A stretch of DNA of 37,929 nt. Origin: Bdellovibrionales bacterium. Its GTDB lineage: Bacteria > Bdellovibrionota > Bdellovibrionia > Bdellovibrionales > UBA840. Shown piece by piece: positions 9,085-18,387 of this stretch (position 1 is its first letter; the number at the start of each line of letters is the position of its first letter). The notes under the pieces are model-generated. The model saw only the letters and a list, made by a program, of their open reading frames with translations. It searched no databases and was not told the DNA's origin. Position numbers and translations under genes: made by a program. The stretch lies in the NCBI GenBank assembly GCA_037969075.1, contig JBBKWS010000087.1, positions 1-37,929 of the forward strand, read 5' to 3'.

Positions 9085-11184
9085 ATGGATGGTATTTTTC
9101 AAATGCTTAAAGGATTAGAGCGCTATTCAAAGTATACTGAGATGATTGTTGCCATTGCTATGGTTGGCATTATTGGGATTATGATATTCCCATTAGCTCC
9201 TTGGATGCTAGATTTTAGTTTAGTGATGGTTATCATGGTAAGTTTATTGGTACTTATCTTATCTATATATTCAGAAAAAGCTTTAGATTTTAGTGTATTC
9301 CCCACGGTACTTTTAATTGCAACATTATTTCGATTATCTCTAAACGTTGCGACCACTCGTTTGATTTTAAAAAGTGGCCATGAGGGTGCAGGATCAGCCG
9401 GGCATGTGATTGAGGCATTTGGTTCTGTCGTTATTGGTGACAATTATGTCATTGGTTTTGTTGTATTTACTATTTTAGTTATTATTAACTTTATTGTAAT
9501 CACTAAGGGTTCTGGAAGAGTAGCTGAAGTTGCCGCTAGATTTACATTAGATTCATTGCCAGGTAAACAAATGTCGATCGATGCTGATCTTAATGCAGGA
9601 CTAATTAATGAAGAGATGGCAAGAAAGCGTCGCCAAGAAATTGAACAAGAAGCTGATTTCTATGGAGCTATGGACGGTGCTAGTAAATTCGTAAGAGGTG
9701 ATGCAATAGCTGCCATTATCATTACTATTGTAAACGTGATAGGTGGCCTACTAATTGGGGTGCTAGACAAAGGCTTAGATGTAGGGCAAGCTGCAAAAAT
9801 ATACACAATGCTTACCATCGGTGATGGTCTTGTGAGTCAAATACCAGCTCTAATTATTTCTACGGCAGCTGGTATCATTGTTACCCGCAGTGGATCTGCA
9901 AAAAGTAATACAGGTAATTTAGTTACGAAACAGCTAACATCCAACCCTAAAGCCATATACATGGTTGCGGCTATGATGGTTGCGATAGGGCTTATTCCTG
10001 GTTTACCAATATTTCCATTCTTTACTATGGCTTTAATTGCATCAGCTGTAGCATGGACGGTACAAAGGTTTCAACAAGAAGCTATTGATGTAAAAAGAAA
10101 AGAAGATGAGGATAAAGCGCAGGCTCCAGATAAAGAAAAAGTGGAGAATTTATTACCGCTCGACTTGCTAGAATTAGAAGTTGGTTACGGTTTGATTAGT
10201 GTTGTCGAATCAGAACAAAGTGGCGATCTTTTAGAAAGAATAGTAAGTATTCGAAAACAATTCGCACTTGATCTAGGTATTATCGTTCCTAGTATTCATA
10301 TAAGAGATAATCTACAACTGCAGCCAGGTGAATACCAATTACTAATTAAAGGTAATAAAGTTGCTGGTGGTATGCTGATGCCAGATAATCTATTGGCTAT
10401 GGACCCAGGGAACACTACACGTAAGATTGATGGAGTGCCAACCAAAGAGCCAGCGTTTGGACTTGATGCTATATGGGTTTCTAAATCACAAAAAGAAACG
10501 GCTGAACTTAGTGGGTATACTGTTGTTGATTTACCAACAGTCATCGCTACACACATCACTGAAATTATTAGATCTCATGCACACGAAATATTGGGTCGAC
10601 AAGAGGCTAGTAACTTAATAGATAATTTTAAAGCTAACTATCCAAAAGTTGTGGATGAGTTAATCCCAGAAATATTATCACTTGGGACTGTTGTTCAGGT
10701 ATTACAAGGTCTATTAAGAGAACAGGTTTCGATTAGAGATTTAAGAACTATATTTGAAACATTAGCCGATGAAGGGCCAAGATCAAAAGATGTTGAAGTC
10801 TTAACAGAAAATGTACGACGTAAGTTATCGCGTAATATTACCATGAAGTACAGAACAGACGATGGATCTCTTACAGTGCTATCACTTTCTCCGCATATTG
10901 AAGAATTGATATCAAATTCACTTCTACAGACTGAGCAAGGGGTTCAATTAGTGATGGATCCTAGAATGGCACAATCAATAATAACTGAAATAGCAAGAAC
11001 TATAGAAAATACACCAGAAGTCGCGGCACAACCAGTGATCTTAACCTCACCAAGCATACGCCGACACTTACGTAAATTGTTAGAAAGATTTATCCCGCAG
11101 GTAGCGGTGCTTTCTCATAATGAAGTGAGTTTAGATGTAAACGTACATTCTGCCGCAATTGTGGAGGTTGCAAATGCAAGTTAA
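9085..11184 (+). CDS. flhA: Flagellar export protein FlhA
   Basis: RVAEVAARFTLD, PGKQMSIDADL, FYGAMDGASKFVRGDA. Confidence 0.98.
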   Translation: MDGIFQMLKGLERYSKYTEMIVAIAMVGIIGIMIFPLAPWMLDFSLVMVIMVSLLVLILSIYSEKALDFSVFPTVLLIATLFRLSLNVATTRLILKSGHEGAGSAGHVIEAFGSVVIGDNYVIGFVVFTILVIINFIVITKGSGRVAEVAARFTLDSLPGKQMSIDADLNAGLINEEMARKRRQEIEQEADFYGAMDGASKFVRGDAIAAIIITIVNVIGGLLIGVLDKGLDVGQAAKIYTMLTIGDGLVSQIPALIISTAAGIIVTRSGSAKSNTGNLVTKQLTSNPKAIYMVAAMMVAIGLIPGLPIFPFFTMALIASAVAWTVQRFQQEAIDVKRKEDEDKAQAPDKEKVENLLPLDLLELEVGYGLISVVESEQSGDLLERIVSIRKQFALDLGIIVPSIHIRDNLQLQPGEYQLLIKGNKVAGGMLMPDNLLAMDPGNTTRKIDGVPTKEPAFGLDAIWVSKSQKETAELSGYTVVDLPTVIATHITEIIRSHAHEILGRQEASNLIDNFKANYPKVVDELIPEILSLGTVVQVLQGLLREQVSIRDLRTIFETLADEGPRSKDVEVLTENVRRKLSRNITMKYRTDDGSLTVLSLSPHIEELISNSLLQTEQGVQLVMDPRMAQSIITEIARTIENTPEVAAQPVILTSPSIRRHLRKLLERFIPQVAVLSHNEVSLDVNVHSAAIVEVANAS

Positions 11185-12607
11185 AAAATTTGAAGCAAAA
11201 TCAATGCGTGAAGCATTGCAGATGGTAAAGTCTGAACTAGGTCCAGAGGCCATCATTCTTTCTGCAAAGGACATTAAGCGCGGACTTGCCGGCGGAGCGG
11301 GTGTTGAATTAACAGCTGCGATTTCCGAAACTAAATTTAAAGAACGCCAGTACGCCCTACAAAAATTAAAAGAAGCTGATAAGAAAAGATTTATTGAAGG
11401 TCCGGCAAAGGCGCAAAAGACATTTATTGAGAAATCTTTAAGACAGTATATCGATGATAGAGAGCAGGCGTCTGTGTTACCATCGCGTAGGCAATATATT
11501 CATATTGATGATGATGCTGCTGAGGTAAAAAAAGAAGTTGTGCCAGAGGATAGTAGAGTCAGAGTGAAAAGTGCAGCTTATACTGCGGCGAAGGCATTTC
11601 ATAAAGATTTTAAAGAGCCTAAAAGAAATTTGATGCCACAAAAAAAAATCACTGTAGATTCTGTTAGAAATGTTATGCAGTCAAACCCACCTAATACAAG
11701 TAAAAATGTTGAGTTAGTAGGTTTGAAGATGGAGATTGTACGTCTACAATCTGTTATTGAGGGATTTCAAAAGTTACCACAAACCTTTGCTGGTACACAT
11801 CCAGGAGCTGATTATGGTCTTCCATTTGAACTGTCCTTCATGTTTGAGAAGCTGGTCGACAGTGGGTTAAACATTGAACATGTGGCCGATATTTTAAATA
11901 TTGCGAAGCAAGCAATGGCGCCGCAACAAATGAAAAAGAAAGCTCTTGTTGAAGCATGGGCAGCTAAATATATATTAGATTCTATTAAGGTTACTGGCGA
12001 CAAGGCGCAATCAAAAATAGAAGTGTTTATCGGTGCTTCAGGATCGGGTAAAACCTCAACACTAGTAAAATATGCCAGTCACCAATTAATAGTTAAAAGA
12101 AAGTCGGTAGCGATTATTTCGACCGATACTAATAAGGTAGGCGCGGTTGAACAATTAAAAATTTATGCCCAGATATTAAACGTACCGTTCGCAGCGATAC
12201 GTAGCCCGCAGGATTGGGATGTAGTTTTACAAAAACTTGGTAATGTGGATACAATCTTAGTAGACACACCAGGGGTGACTCTTCGCGATTTAAGCGAAAT
12301 CGATGCTATAAAAGGAAAGCTACAGCGAGTTCAAGATAAAGCTCGTATTCATTATGTTCAGTCTTCTGCAACAAATGAATCGTCAGCGCTTGAGTTGGCG
12401 AGACGATTTAAAATATTTCACTATCACGATTTAATATTTACTAAGTTGGATGAGTGTTCTCATCATGGAATGCTTTATTCTATGAGCGAAACATTAGATT
12501 GCCCAATGCATTCATTTGGTATTGGTTCATACATTCCTGAAGATTATGAGTTCGCGACGCGTGAGAGAGTTCTTGATTTGATCTTTAAAATTACGAAAAA
12601 GGGGTAA
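11174..12607 (+). CDS. flhF: SRP-family GTPase FlhF
   Basis: MQVKKFEA start with GGAGG SD (ATG 11174); GASGSGKT, DTPG, TKLDE. Confidence 0.93.
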   Translation: MQVKKFEAKSMREALQMVKSELGPEAIILSAKDIKRGLAGGAGVELTAAISETKFKERQYALQKLKEADKKRFIEGPAKAQKTFIEKSLRQYIDDREQASVLPSRRQYIHIDDDAAEVKKEVVPEDSRVRVKSAAYTAAKAFHKDFKEPKRNLMPQKKITVDSVRNVMQSNPPNTSKNVELVGLKMEIVRLQSVIEGFQKLPQTFAGTHPGADYGLPFELSFMFEKLVDSGLNIEHVADILNIAKQAMAPQQMKKKALVEAWAAKYILDSIKVTGDKAQSKIEVFIGASGSGKTSTLVKYASHQLIVKRKSVAIISTDTNKVGAVEQLKIYAQILNVPFAAIRSPQDWDVVLQKLGNVDTILVDTPGVTLRDLSEIDAIKGKLQRVQDKARIHYVQSSATNESSALELARRFKIFHYHDLIFTKLDECSHHGMLYSMSETLDCPMHSFGIGSYIPEDYEFATRERVLDLIFKITKKG

Positions 12608-12610
12608 GTT

Positions 12611-13441
12611 GTGTTGGATAACCTAAAAAAGAGCAATAAATTCACAAAGACATTAAGTGTAACATCAGGTAAGGGTGGTGTAGGAAAGACTACGATCACC
12701 TGTAACTTAGCCACATCTCTTGCGGCCAGAGGAAACAAAGTTCTTATTCTTGATGGCGACTTGGGTATGGCCAACGTTGATGTGATGTTTGGCAAAAAGG
12801 CGCCACATACAATCTTAGATGTGCTACAAGGAAATCGTTTTATTGAAGAGGTTATTGTTGAGGTCAAAGAAAATATTTATCTGATCCCTGGCGGAAGTGG
12901 TCTGCATGAGCTGACTCACTTGGATCCAATGCAAAAGAAAAATTTACTAGATCAGGTAAGCGGACTTAACGGGTATTTTGATTATATGATTATTGATACT
13001 GCCCCAGGAATAGATTCAAATGTTTTATATCTAAACGCGGCTGTACATGAAATTTTAGTTGTAGTAACACCAGAACCATCAAGTCTGACAGATGCATATG
13101 CCTTAATTAAAGTTTTAAATAAATATCATAAAGAAGAAAAATTTACGATCATATGTAATGAAGTGCAAACAGAGTCTGAGGCGTTATTTATTTATAAGCG
13201 TCTAAGCGAAGTCACTGAGAGATTCTTGTGTGTCAGTTTGAACTATAAAGGTTTTATCCCTTTGGATATTAATGTTGTTAAGGCCAATAGAAGACAAGAG
13301 CTGGTCCTTGACGTAAGTCCGTATGCGCCTGCCGCAAGAGCTATTGCAGAGATAGCTGGTCAGATACAGAAGGGTTCTAATATAGAAAGATTTAAAGGTG
13401 GATTACAATTTTTTTGGGAGCAGGTTCTAGGTGTAGCTTAA
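12611..13441 (+). CDS. flhG: MinD/ParA-family ATPase FlhG/FleN
   Basis: Deviant Walker A SGKGGVGKT, DGDLGMANVD, DAYALIK; follows flhF. Confidence 0.93.
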   Translation: MLDNLKKSNKFTKTLSVTSGKGGVGKTTITCNLATSLAARGNKVLILDGDLGMANVDVMFGKKAPHTILDVLQGNRFIEEVIVEVKENIYLIPGGSGLHELTHLDPMQKKNLLDQVSGLNGYFDYMIIDTAPGIDSNVLYLNAAVHEILVVVTPEPSSLTDAYALIKVLNKYHKEEKFTIICNEVQTESEALFIYKRLSEVTERFLCVSLNYKGFIPLDINVVKANRRQELVLDVSPYAPAARAIAEIAGQIQKGSNIERFKGGLQFFWEQVLGVA

Positions 13442-13506
13442 AGATTTGGACTTTAGGGATCGCATCACTTTTGTTACACTGAACTTACTCGCACGAGGTA
13501 GAAAGC

Positions 13507-14301
13507 ATGGCTAAGACAAATACCGCAAAAAGTTCTGCGCTGTTAAGGCGCTATAAAGAAGATCCGCAGAAGTTAACTTCGGGTCAAAAAGATAAATTAA
13601 TTATGGAGTATGCTCCGTTAATTAAATTTATTGCACAAAAGATAGCGGTAAGATTACCTTCAAATATCGAATTGGATGATTTGATCTCCAGTGGTGTAAT
13701 TGGTTTGATGGATGCTATTGAAAAATATGATCCTTCTCGTGATAATAAATTTAAGACATACGCTGAATTTCGTATCCGTGGTTCGATTTTGGATGAGCTA
13801 CGCGCGCAAGATTGGGTGCCAAGATCTGTTCGTGATAAAGCCAAGCTTTTGGATCGTACAATTGTAAAGTTAGAGGCGGCACTGGGTAGAACTGCAACAG
13901 AAGAAGAAATCTGTGAAGCTTTAAAAATAACTAGCGATGAATTTCATGACTTAGTAAATCAGGTTAGGCCAGTTAGTATGCTTTCTATTGATGAGGCTGC
14001 TACTTTCAGTAACGTAGATAAAAAATCAATATTAAATATCCTTGAGGGAGAAAAGTTAAACAACCCTCACAGCCAATTGAATCTTAAAGTAGTAAAAGAC
14101 ATTATTGCTAAAGCCATAGAAGAGCTTCCTGAAAAGCAAAGGTTAGTACTATCGCTTTATTACTATGAAGACTTAAATTTAAAAGAAATTGGTCAAGTTC
14201 TTGATGTAACTGAGAGTAGAGTTTCACAGTTGCATGCACAGGCTGTGACTAGGTTGCGTGCTAAATTAGTCGCTCACTTCAATTCACCGACGGATGTATA
14301 G
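13507..14301 (+). CDS. fliA: Flagellar sigma factor FliA (sigma28)
   Basis: DDLISSGVIGLMDA, RIRGSILDELR..DWVPRSVR, ESRVSQLH. Confidence 0.96.
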   Translation: MAKTNTAKSSALLRRYKEDPQKLTSGQKDKLIMEYAPLIKFIAQKIAVRLPSNIELDDLISSGVIGLMDAIEKYDPSRDNKFKTYAEFRIRGSILDELRAQDWVPRSVRDKAKLLDRTIVKLEAALGRTATEEEICEALKITSDEFHDLVNQVRPVSMLSIDEAATFSNVDKKSILNILEGEKLNNPHSQLNLKVVKDIIAKAIEELPEKQRLVLSLYYYEDLNLKEIGQVLDVTESRVSQLHAQAVTRLRAKLVAHFNSPTDV

Positions 14302-14319
14302 TAATACTTACATCCTAAG

Positions 14320-14348
14320 TCGACATATTATAAATTCACAGATATAGT
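14320..14348 (+). promoter_or_regulatory. sigma70-like promoter for the MFS gene
   Basis: TCGACA-N17-TATAGT about 30 nt before ATG 14378. Confidence 0.5.
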
Positions 14349-14377
14349 TCTATCAATTCTTATTTGATGGGTCTCGC

Positions 14378-15751
14378 ATGAAGTATACTCGTTCACAAAA
14401 TATACTCCTCTGGTTAGTTGCCGTTGGCTTCTTTATGGAAATTTTAGATGCTACGATTGTAAATACGGCTTTACCAAGAATGGCACTCTCTTTAGGCGAG
14501 AGCCCACTATCTATGCATGGGGTAGTAATCGCTTACACCCTTACCCTTGCCGTATTTATTCCAGTATCAGGCTGGTTTGCAGATCGATTTGGTATACGCA
14601 AAGTGTACTTGTCAGCTATTATCATTTTTACTTTAGGATCGTTGTTATGTGCTTTGTCACAAACCTTAACATTTGTGATTATTTCACGAGTGATACAGGG
14701 TATCGGTGGTTCGATGTTGTTGCCTATAGGGCGACTTGCTGTCTTAAGAGCTTTTCCTGGAGACAAGTTTATTGGAGCACTAAGCTTTGTTGCAGTCCCT
14801 GCCCTTATTGCGCCCTTATTGGGCCCAACTTTAGGTGGATGGATTGTACAATACTCTTCATGGCACTGGATTTTTTTAGTAAATATACCCATTGGAATTG
14901 CCGGATGTATCGCTACTTATAAAGCTATGCCTGAAGACGAGCCCGCAGAAAAAACTACATTTGATGTTGTTGGTTTTCTACTATTGGCCTTTTTTATGGT
15001 TAGTACGTCTGTATCCCTAGATAGTTTGTCAGGTCATCAAATGCCTTACGCTGTTGTGGTTATATTATTGCTAGCTGGGTTTGCAAGTCTAGCGGCCTAT
15101 TTTTTACATATATCAAAACATGACAATTCTTTTTTCTCTTTAAAGTTATTTAAAGTAAGAACATATACGATAGGGGTATTAGGAAATTTATTTTCACGTA
15201 TTGGAACTAGCAGTATGCCATTTTTAATACCGCTATACTTGCAAATTAGTTTAGGCATGAGCCCTTTAACTGCGGGTCTCCTTATGCTACCGGTAACAGT
15301 CGCTGCCATTTTAGGTAAGCGCTTAGTAGCTCCAATGATTGAATATGCGGGGTACAAAAAGTTTTTATTGATCAATACATTTTTAGTCAGTCTTAGTATG
15401 GCTGGGATTAGTCTTATCAACGAATCTACTAGTGATGTATTTAAGATTGGCTTGCTATTTATTTTTGGTGCTGTTAACTCATTGCAATTTACGGCAATGA
15501 ACACACTTACTTTAAAAGATCTTGATAGAAAATCATCTACCGGAGGAAACACATTGTTTTCAATGGTACAAATGTTAGCAATGAGCTTTGGTGTAGCATC
15601 GGCTAGTGCAATACTAGCAACCTTTGCTGTTTACTTTGGTTCCTCAGAGTCAAAAGAGGCGTTTCAATTTACCTTTTTATGTATGGGAGCATTAACTTGC
15701 ATCTCTATGTGTATTTTTGCGCAACTATCTCCGACTTTAAAGAAGATATAG
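14378..15751 (+). CDS. DHA2-family MFS efflux transporter (MdtD/HsrA-like)
   Basis: FMEILDATIVNTALP, motif A (GWFADRFGIRK), GPTLGG, WHWIFLVNIPIG. Confidence 0.88.
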   Translation: MKYTRSQNILLWLVAVGFFMEILDATIVNTALPRMALSLGESPLSMHGVVIAYTLTLAVFIPVSGWFADRFGIRKVYLSAIIIFTLGSLLCALSQTLTFVIISRVIQGIGGSMLLPIGRLAVLRAFPGDKFIGALSFVAVPALIAPLLGPTLGGWIVQYSSWHWIFLVNIPIGIAGCIATYKAMPEDEPAEKTTFDVVGFLLLAFFMVSTSVSLDSLSGHQMPYAVVVILLLAGFASLAAYFLHISKHDNSFFSLKLFKVRTYTIGVLGNLFSRIGTSSMPFLIPLYLQISLGMSPLTAGLLMLPVTVAAILGKRLVAPMIEYAGYKKFLLINTFLVSLSMAGISLINESTSDVFKIGLLFIFGAVNSLQFTAMNTLTLKDLDRKSSTGGNTLFSMVQMLAMSFGVASASAILATFAVYFGSSESKEAFQFTFLCMGALTCISMCIFAQLSPTLKKI

Positions 15752-15763
15752 CTTTATAGCTAC

Positions 15764-16675
15764 TTATGCCCACTGTTCTTTAAGTTTATCAATGATTTTT
15801 GCTTCAATCTGTCTAGCGCGTTCTCTGGTGATTCCAAAAAAGTCGCCAATTTCTTGTAGAGTTTTTGGAGTATCAGATAGCAGACGATTTTCTAAAATGT
15901 ATATTTCTTTCTCATTCAAGTTTTCTCTAAGGATATCAATTTTTTCTTTGAGTAGCTCGGTTTGCTCTAGTTTAGATAGCTCTTCGTCAATTGGAGCAAC
16001 AAAATCATTTTTTTGTAAATCAATCATAGTACTGTTTGAATCTACATCTAAAGGTTGATCCAAACTAACGTCTCTAAAACTTAGGCGATTTTGCATATCA
16101 GTTACAGCGTCTTCACTAACGCCTAATCTCGAACTTAACAACGCGACATCAATTTCTTGTCCAAGAGCTTCAAGTTTTCGTTGTTCTTTTTGAAGTTGAT
16201 AAAACAATTTTTTTTGCTCAGAGTTTGTTCCAATACGGACCATAGAATACTGTCTAAGTAGGTATTCTCTTATATATCCTTTGATCCACCATACTGCATA
16301 TGTAATTAATTTTACGCCTTTGTAAGGGTTAAATTCTCTTACTGCATGCATAAGTCCAACGTTGCCCTCTTGAACCAGGTCTATCATTTTAGCGCCGAAC
16401 TTTGAGAACTCTGCTGCAACACTAACAACAAATCGTAAGTTTGAGGTAACAAGCTTCTCAGCAGCCTCAGAATCTTTGGTTTCAAAATATTTTATTGCTA
16501 GTTCCCTTTCTTCTTCCCGACTAAGAAGTGGGTATTTGCTAACTTCAGCTAAGTACATACTAAGCGGGTCGGTTGTGCTTGGTAGTCTTGAGTTTGTATT
16601 AGCATCAGAGTGTGTACCTGCAATAATCTCAGGTATGATCACCTTTGCTTTAGGAGTTTTCTTTTTTTTCACCAT
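15764..16675 (-). CDS. rpoH: RNA polymerase sigma factor, RpoH (sigma32) family
   Basis: Region 1.2 YLAEVSKYPLLS, region 2 DLVQEGNVGLMHAV, RpoH-box-like QKKLFYQL, region 4 TRERARQIE. Confidence 0.85.
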   Translation of the reverse strand: MVKKKKTPKAKVIIPEIIAGTHSDANTNSRLPSTTDPLSMYLAEVSKYPLLSREEERELAIKYFETKDSEAAEKLVTSNLRFVVSVAAEFSKFGAKMIDLVQEGNVGLMHAVREFNPYKGVKLITYAVWWIKGYIREYLLRQYSMVRIGTNSEQKKLFYQLQKEQRKLEALGQEIDVALLSSRLGVSEDAVTDMQNRLSFRDVSLDQPLDVDSNSTMIDLQKNDFVAPIDEELSKLEQTELLKEKIDILRENLNEKEIYILENRLLSDTPKTLQEIGDFFGITRERARQIEAKIIDKLKEQWA

Positions 16676-16684
16676 AGTACGTAC

Positions 16685-16990
16685 TTAGGTTAAAGCTTTA
16701 TCTACTTTTTTACCTAATGTGGTCTCAATCATAGATTTGAAAGGGGATAATAATAACGGAAGTTTAACTTCAATTTCTAAAGTGGATGTATTGCCATTAG
16801 CGCTAACTTTTAAGTTTGCTTCAAACTTAGAGCCCTTTGCGCTACCAGTCTTTGCTTGGTCGTCAAATTGACAGATATAGCTGGGATCTAGCTTTCTAAG
16901 GTCGGTATCTTGGTCTAAAACCGATTTTAAGCGAGTAAATGTTTCACTTTGATCGAGAGGAGAGTCTTTTTTTATGATTACTTTAGCCAT
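16685..16990 (-). CDS. Small protein resembling 'polyhydroxyalkanoic acid system' family proteins
   Basis: About 100 aa with C-terminal EVKLPLLLSPFKSMIE..L; start moved to ATG 16990 from promoter geometry. Family call is by recollection only. Confidence 0.55.
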   Translation of the reverse strand: MAKVIIKKDSPLDQSETFTRLKSVLDQDTDLRKLDPSYICQFDDQAKTGSAKGSKFEANLKVSANGNTSTLEIEVKLPLLLSPFKSMIETTLGKKVDKALT

Positions 16991-16997
16991 GGGGCTG

Positions 16998-17026
16998 AGT
17001 ATAAAAGTATTGTTGGATTTTGTCAT
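16998..17026 (-). promoter_or_regulatory. sigma70-like promoter, probable leaderless start
   Basis: Minus strand ATGACA-N17-TATACT-N7-ATG(16990). Confidence 0.6.
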
Positions 17027-17057
17027 GTCTTTTCGGGCTTGATTCTACCAGTAATTT

Positions 17058-17087
17058 TTGACACTTAGCCAAACTACGTGGCATGAT
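17058..17087 (+). promoter_or_regulatory. sigma70-like promoter of hisS, probable leaderless start
   Basis: TTGACA-N18-CATGAT with extended -10 TG, then 7 nt to ATG 17095. Confidence 0.6.
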
Positions 17088-17094
17088 CATTGTT

Positions 17095-18378
17095 ATGAAA
17101 ATTCAATCAGTTAGAGGGATGAATGACGTTGCAGGAGAAGATAGCTTTCTCTGGCGATATATTGAATCTAAGGCGAGAAAAATATTCGAAGCATTTGGCT
17201 ATCAAGAAATTCGTACCCCCATCATCGAAAGCACTGCTTTATTTGCCCGTGGGGTCGGTGAGGGTACCGATATTGTTGAAAAAGAAATGTATACTTTCTC
17301 AGATCGTAGCGGTGAAAGCTTAACTCTTAGACCAGAGGGTACGGCTTCAGTGGTTAGGGCTAGTATTGAACATAATTGGTTTAGAGAGAACCCAATACAA
17401 AAATTTTATTATATTGGTCCCATGTTTAGACACGAACGCCCACAAAAGGGACGATACAGACAGTTTTTTCAATTGGGTGCTGAGCTATTTGGTGTTGAAG
17501 GCTTCTTAGGCGATGTCGAAATCATTCAGATGCAATATCACTTATTAAAATCGATTGGTGTAGAAAGTGTAAAGTTACATCTCTCTAGCTTGGGGTGCGA
17601 TGAGTGTCGTCCACCATATAGAGAAAAATTAATTACGAAGTTAGAAAGTCTAAAAGATAGCCTGCCAGTAGAATATCATGATAAAATTCATAAAAACCCT
17701 CTTAGAATTTTTGATTCAAAAGATGAAGCTTGTATTAAGTTGTTACCGCAGCTTCCAAAAATGGTCGATAGTTTATGCGAGGTTTGCTCGGAACACTTCA
17801 ACGGTGTTAGAGATGCACTTGTTGCGCTAGCCATTCCTTTTGAAGTTAATCCAAATATTGTTCGAGGGATAGATTATTACAATCGAACTGTGTTCGAGTT
17901 TATTTCAACCGACAATGCCATGGGCTCACAGGCAACTGTGAGCGCCGGTGGTAGATACGATAAATTGATTTCTGATTTAGGCGGGCCACAGATACCGGCA
18001 GTTGGTTTTGCAGCAGGCATTGAACGCTTAGCAATGTTACTTGAAGAGATGAAGCCGCAACTACAGCCAGTGGTTGATTTATATTGTGTCATTCCAGATA
18101 AAGAGGGTTTAAACATTAGCTTGCAGGTTGCGGATACACTTCGCAAAATGCATATTCATGTAGAAGTGGATTTGCAAATGAAGGCAATGAAGCATCAATT
18201 AAAAAGAGCCAATAAATTAAATGCAAACTATGCTCTTATCCTTGGAAGCCAAGAAATTTCTAATAACTTTGCAATTTTAAAAAATATGAAAGAGCAAACA
18301 CAAGAAGAGATTTTATTAACCCGCCTTGAAGAAGAGTTGTTAAAGCGTTTTAAAACTAGTTCTAATTATAGATTTTAA
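17095..18378 (+). CDS. hisS: Histidine--tRNA ligase
   Basis: LRPEGTA, FRHERPQKGRYRQF, RGIDYY, GGRYD, GFAAGIER; typical start MKIQSVRGMND. Confidence 0.97.
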   Translation: MKIQSVRGMNDVAGEDSFLWRYIESKARKIFEAFGYQEIRTPIIESTALFARGVGEGTDIVEKEMYTFSDRSGESLTLRPEGTASVVRASIEHNWFRENPIQKFYYIGPMFRHERPQKGRYRQFFQLGAELFGVEGFLGDVEIIQMQYHLLKSIGVESVKLHLSSLGCDECRPPYREKLITKLESLKDSLPVEYHDKIHKNPLRIFDSKDEACIKLLPQLPKMVDSLCEVCSEHFNGVRDALVALAIPFEVNPNIVRGIDYYNRTVFEFISTDNAMGSQATVSAGGRYDKLISDLGGPQIPAVGFAAGIERLAMLLEEMKPQLQPVVDLYCVIPDKEGLNISLQVADTLRKMHIHVEVDLQMKAMKHQLKRANKLNANYALILGSQEISNNFAILKNMKEQTQEEILLTRLEEELLKRFKTSSNYRF

Positions 18379-18387
18379 GGATTATAT

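Noticed and set aside
13472..13480. Extended -10 (TGTTACACT) before fliA as an internal promoter
   Set aside because: No properly spaced -35; too short to support alone.
15749..15762. TAGCT-TTAT-AGCTA hairpin between the MFS gene and rpoH
   Set aside because: Weak 5-bp AT-rich stem without U-tracts; not a credible terminator.
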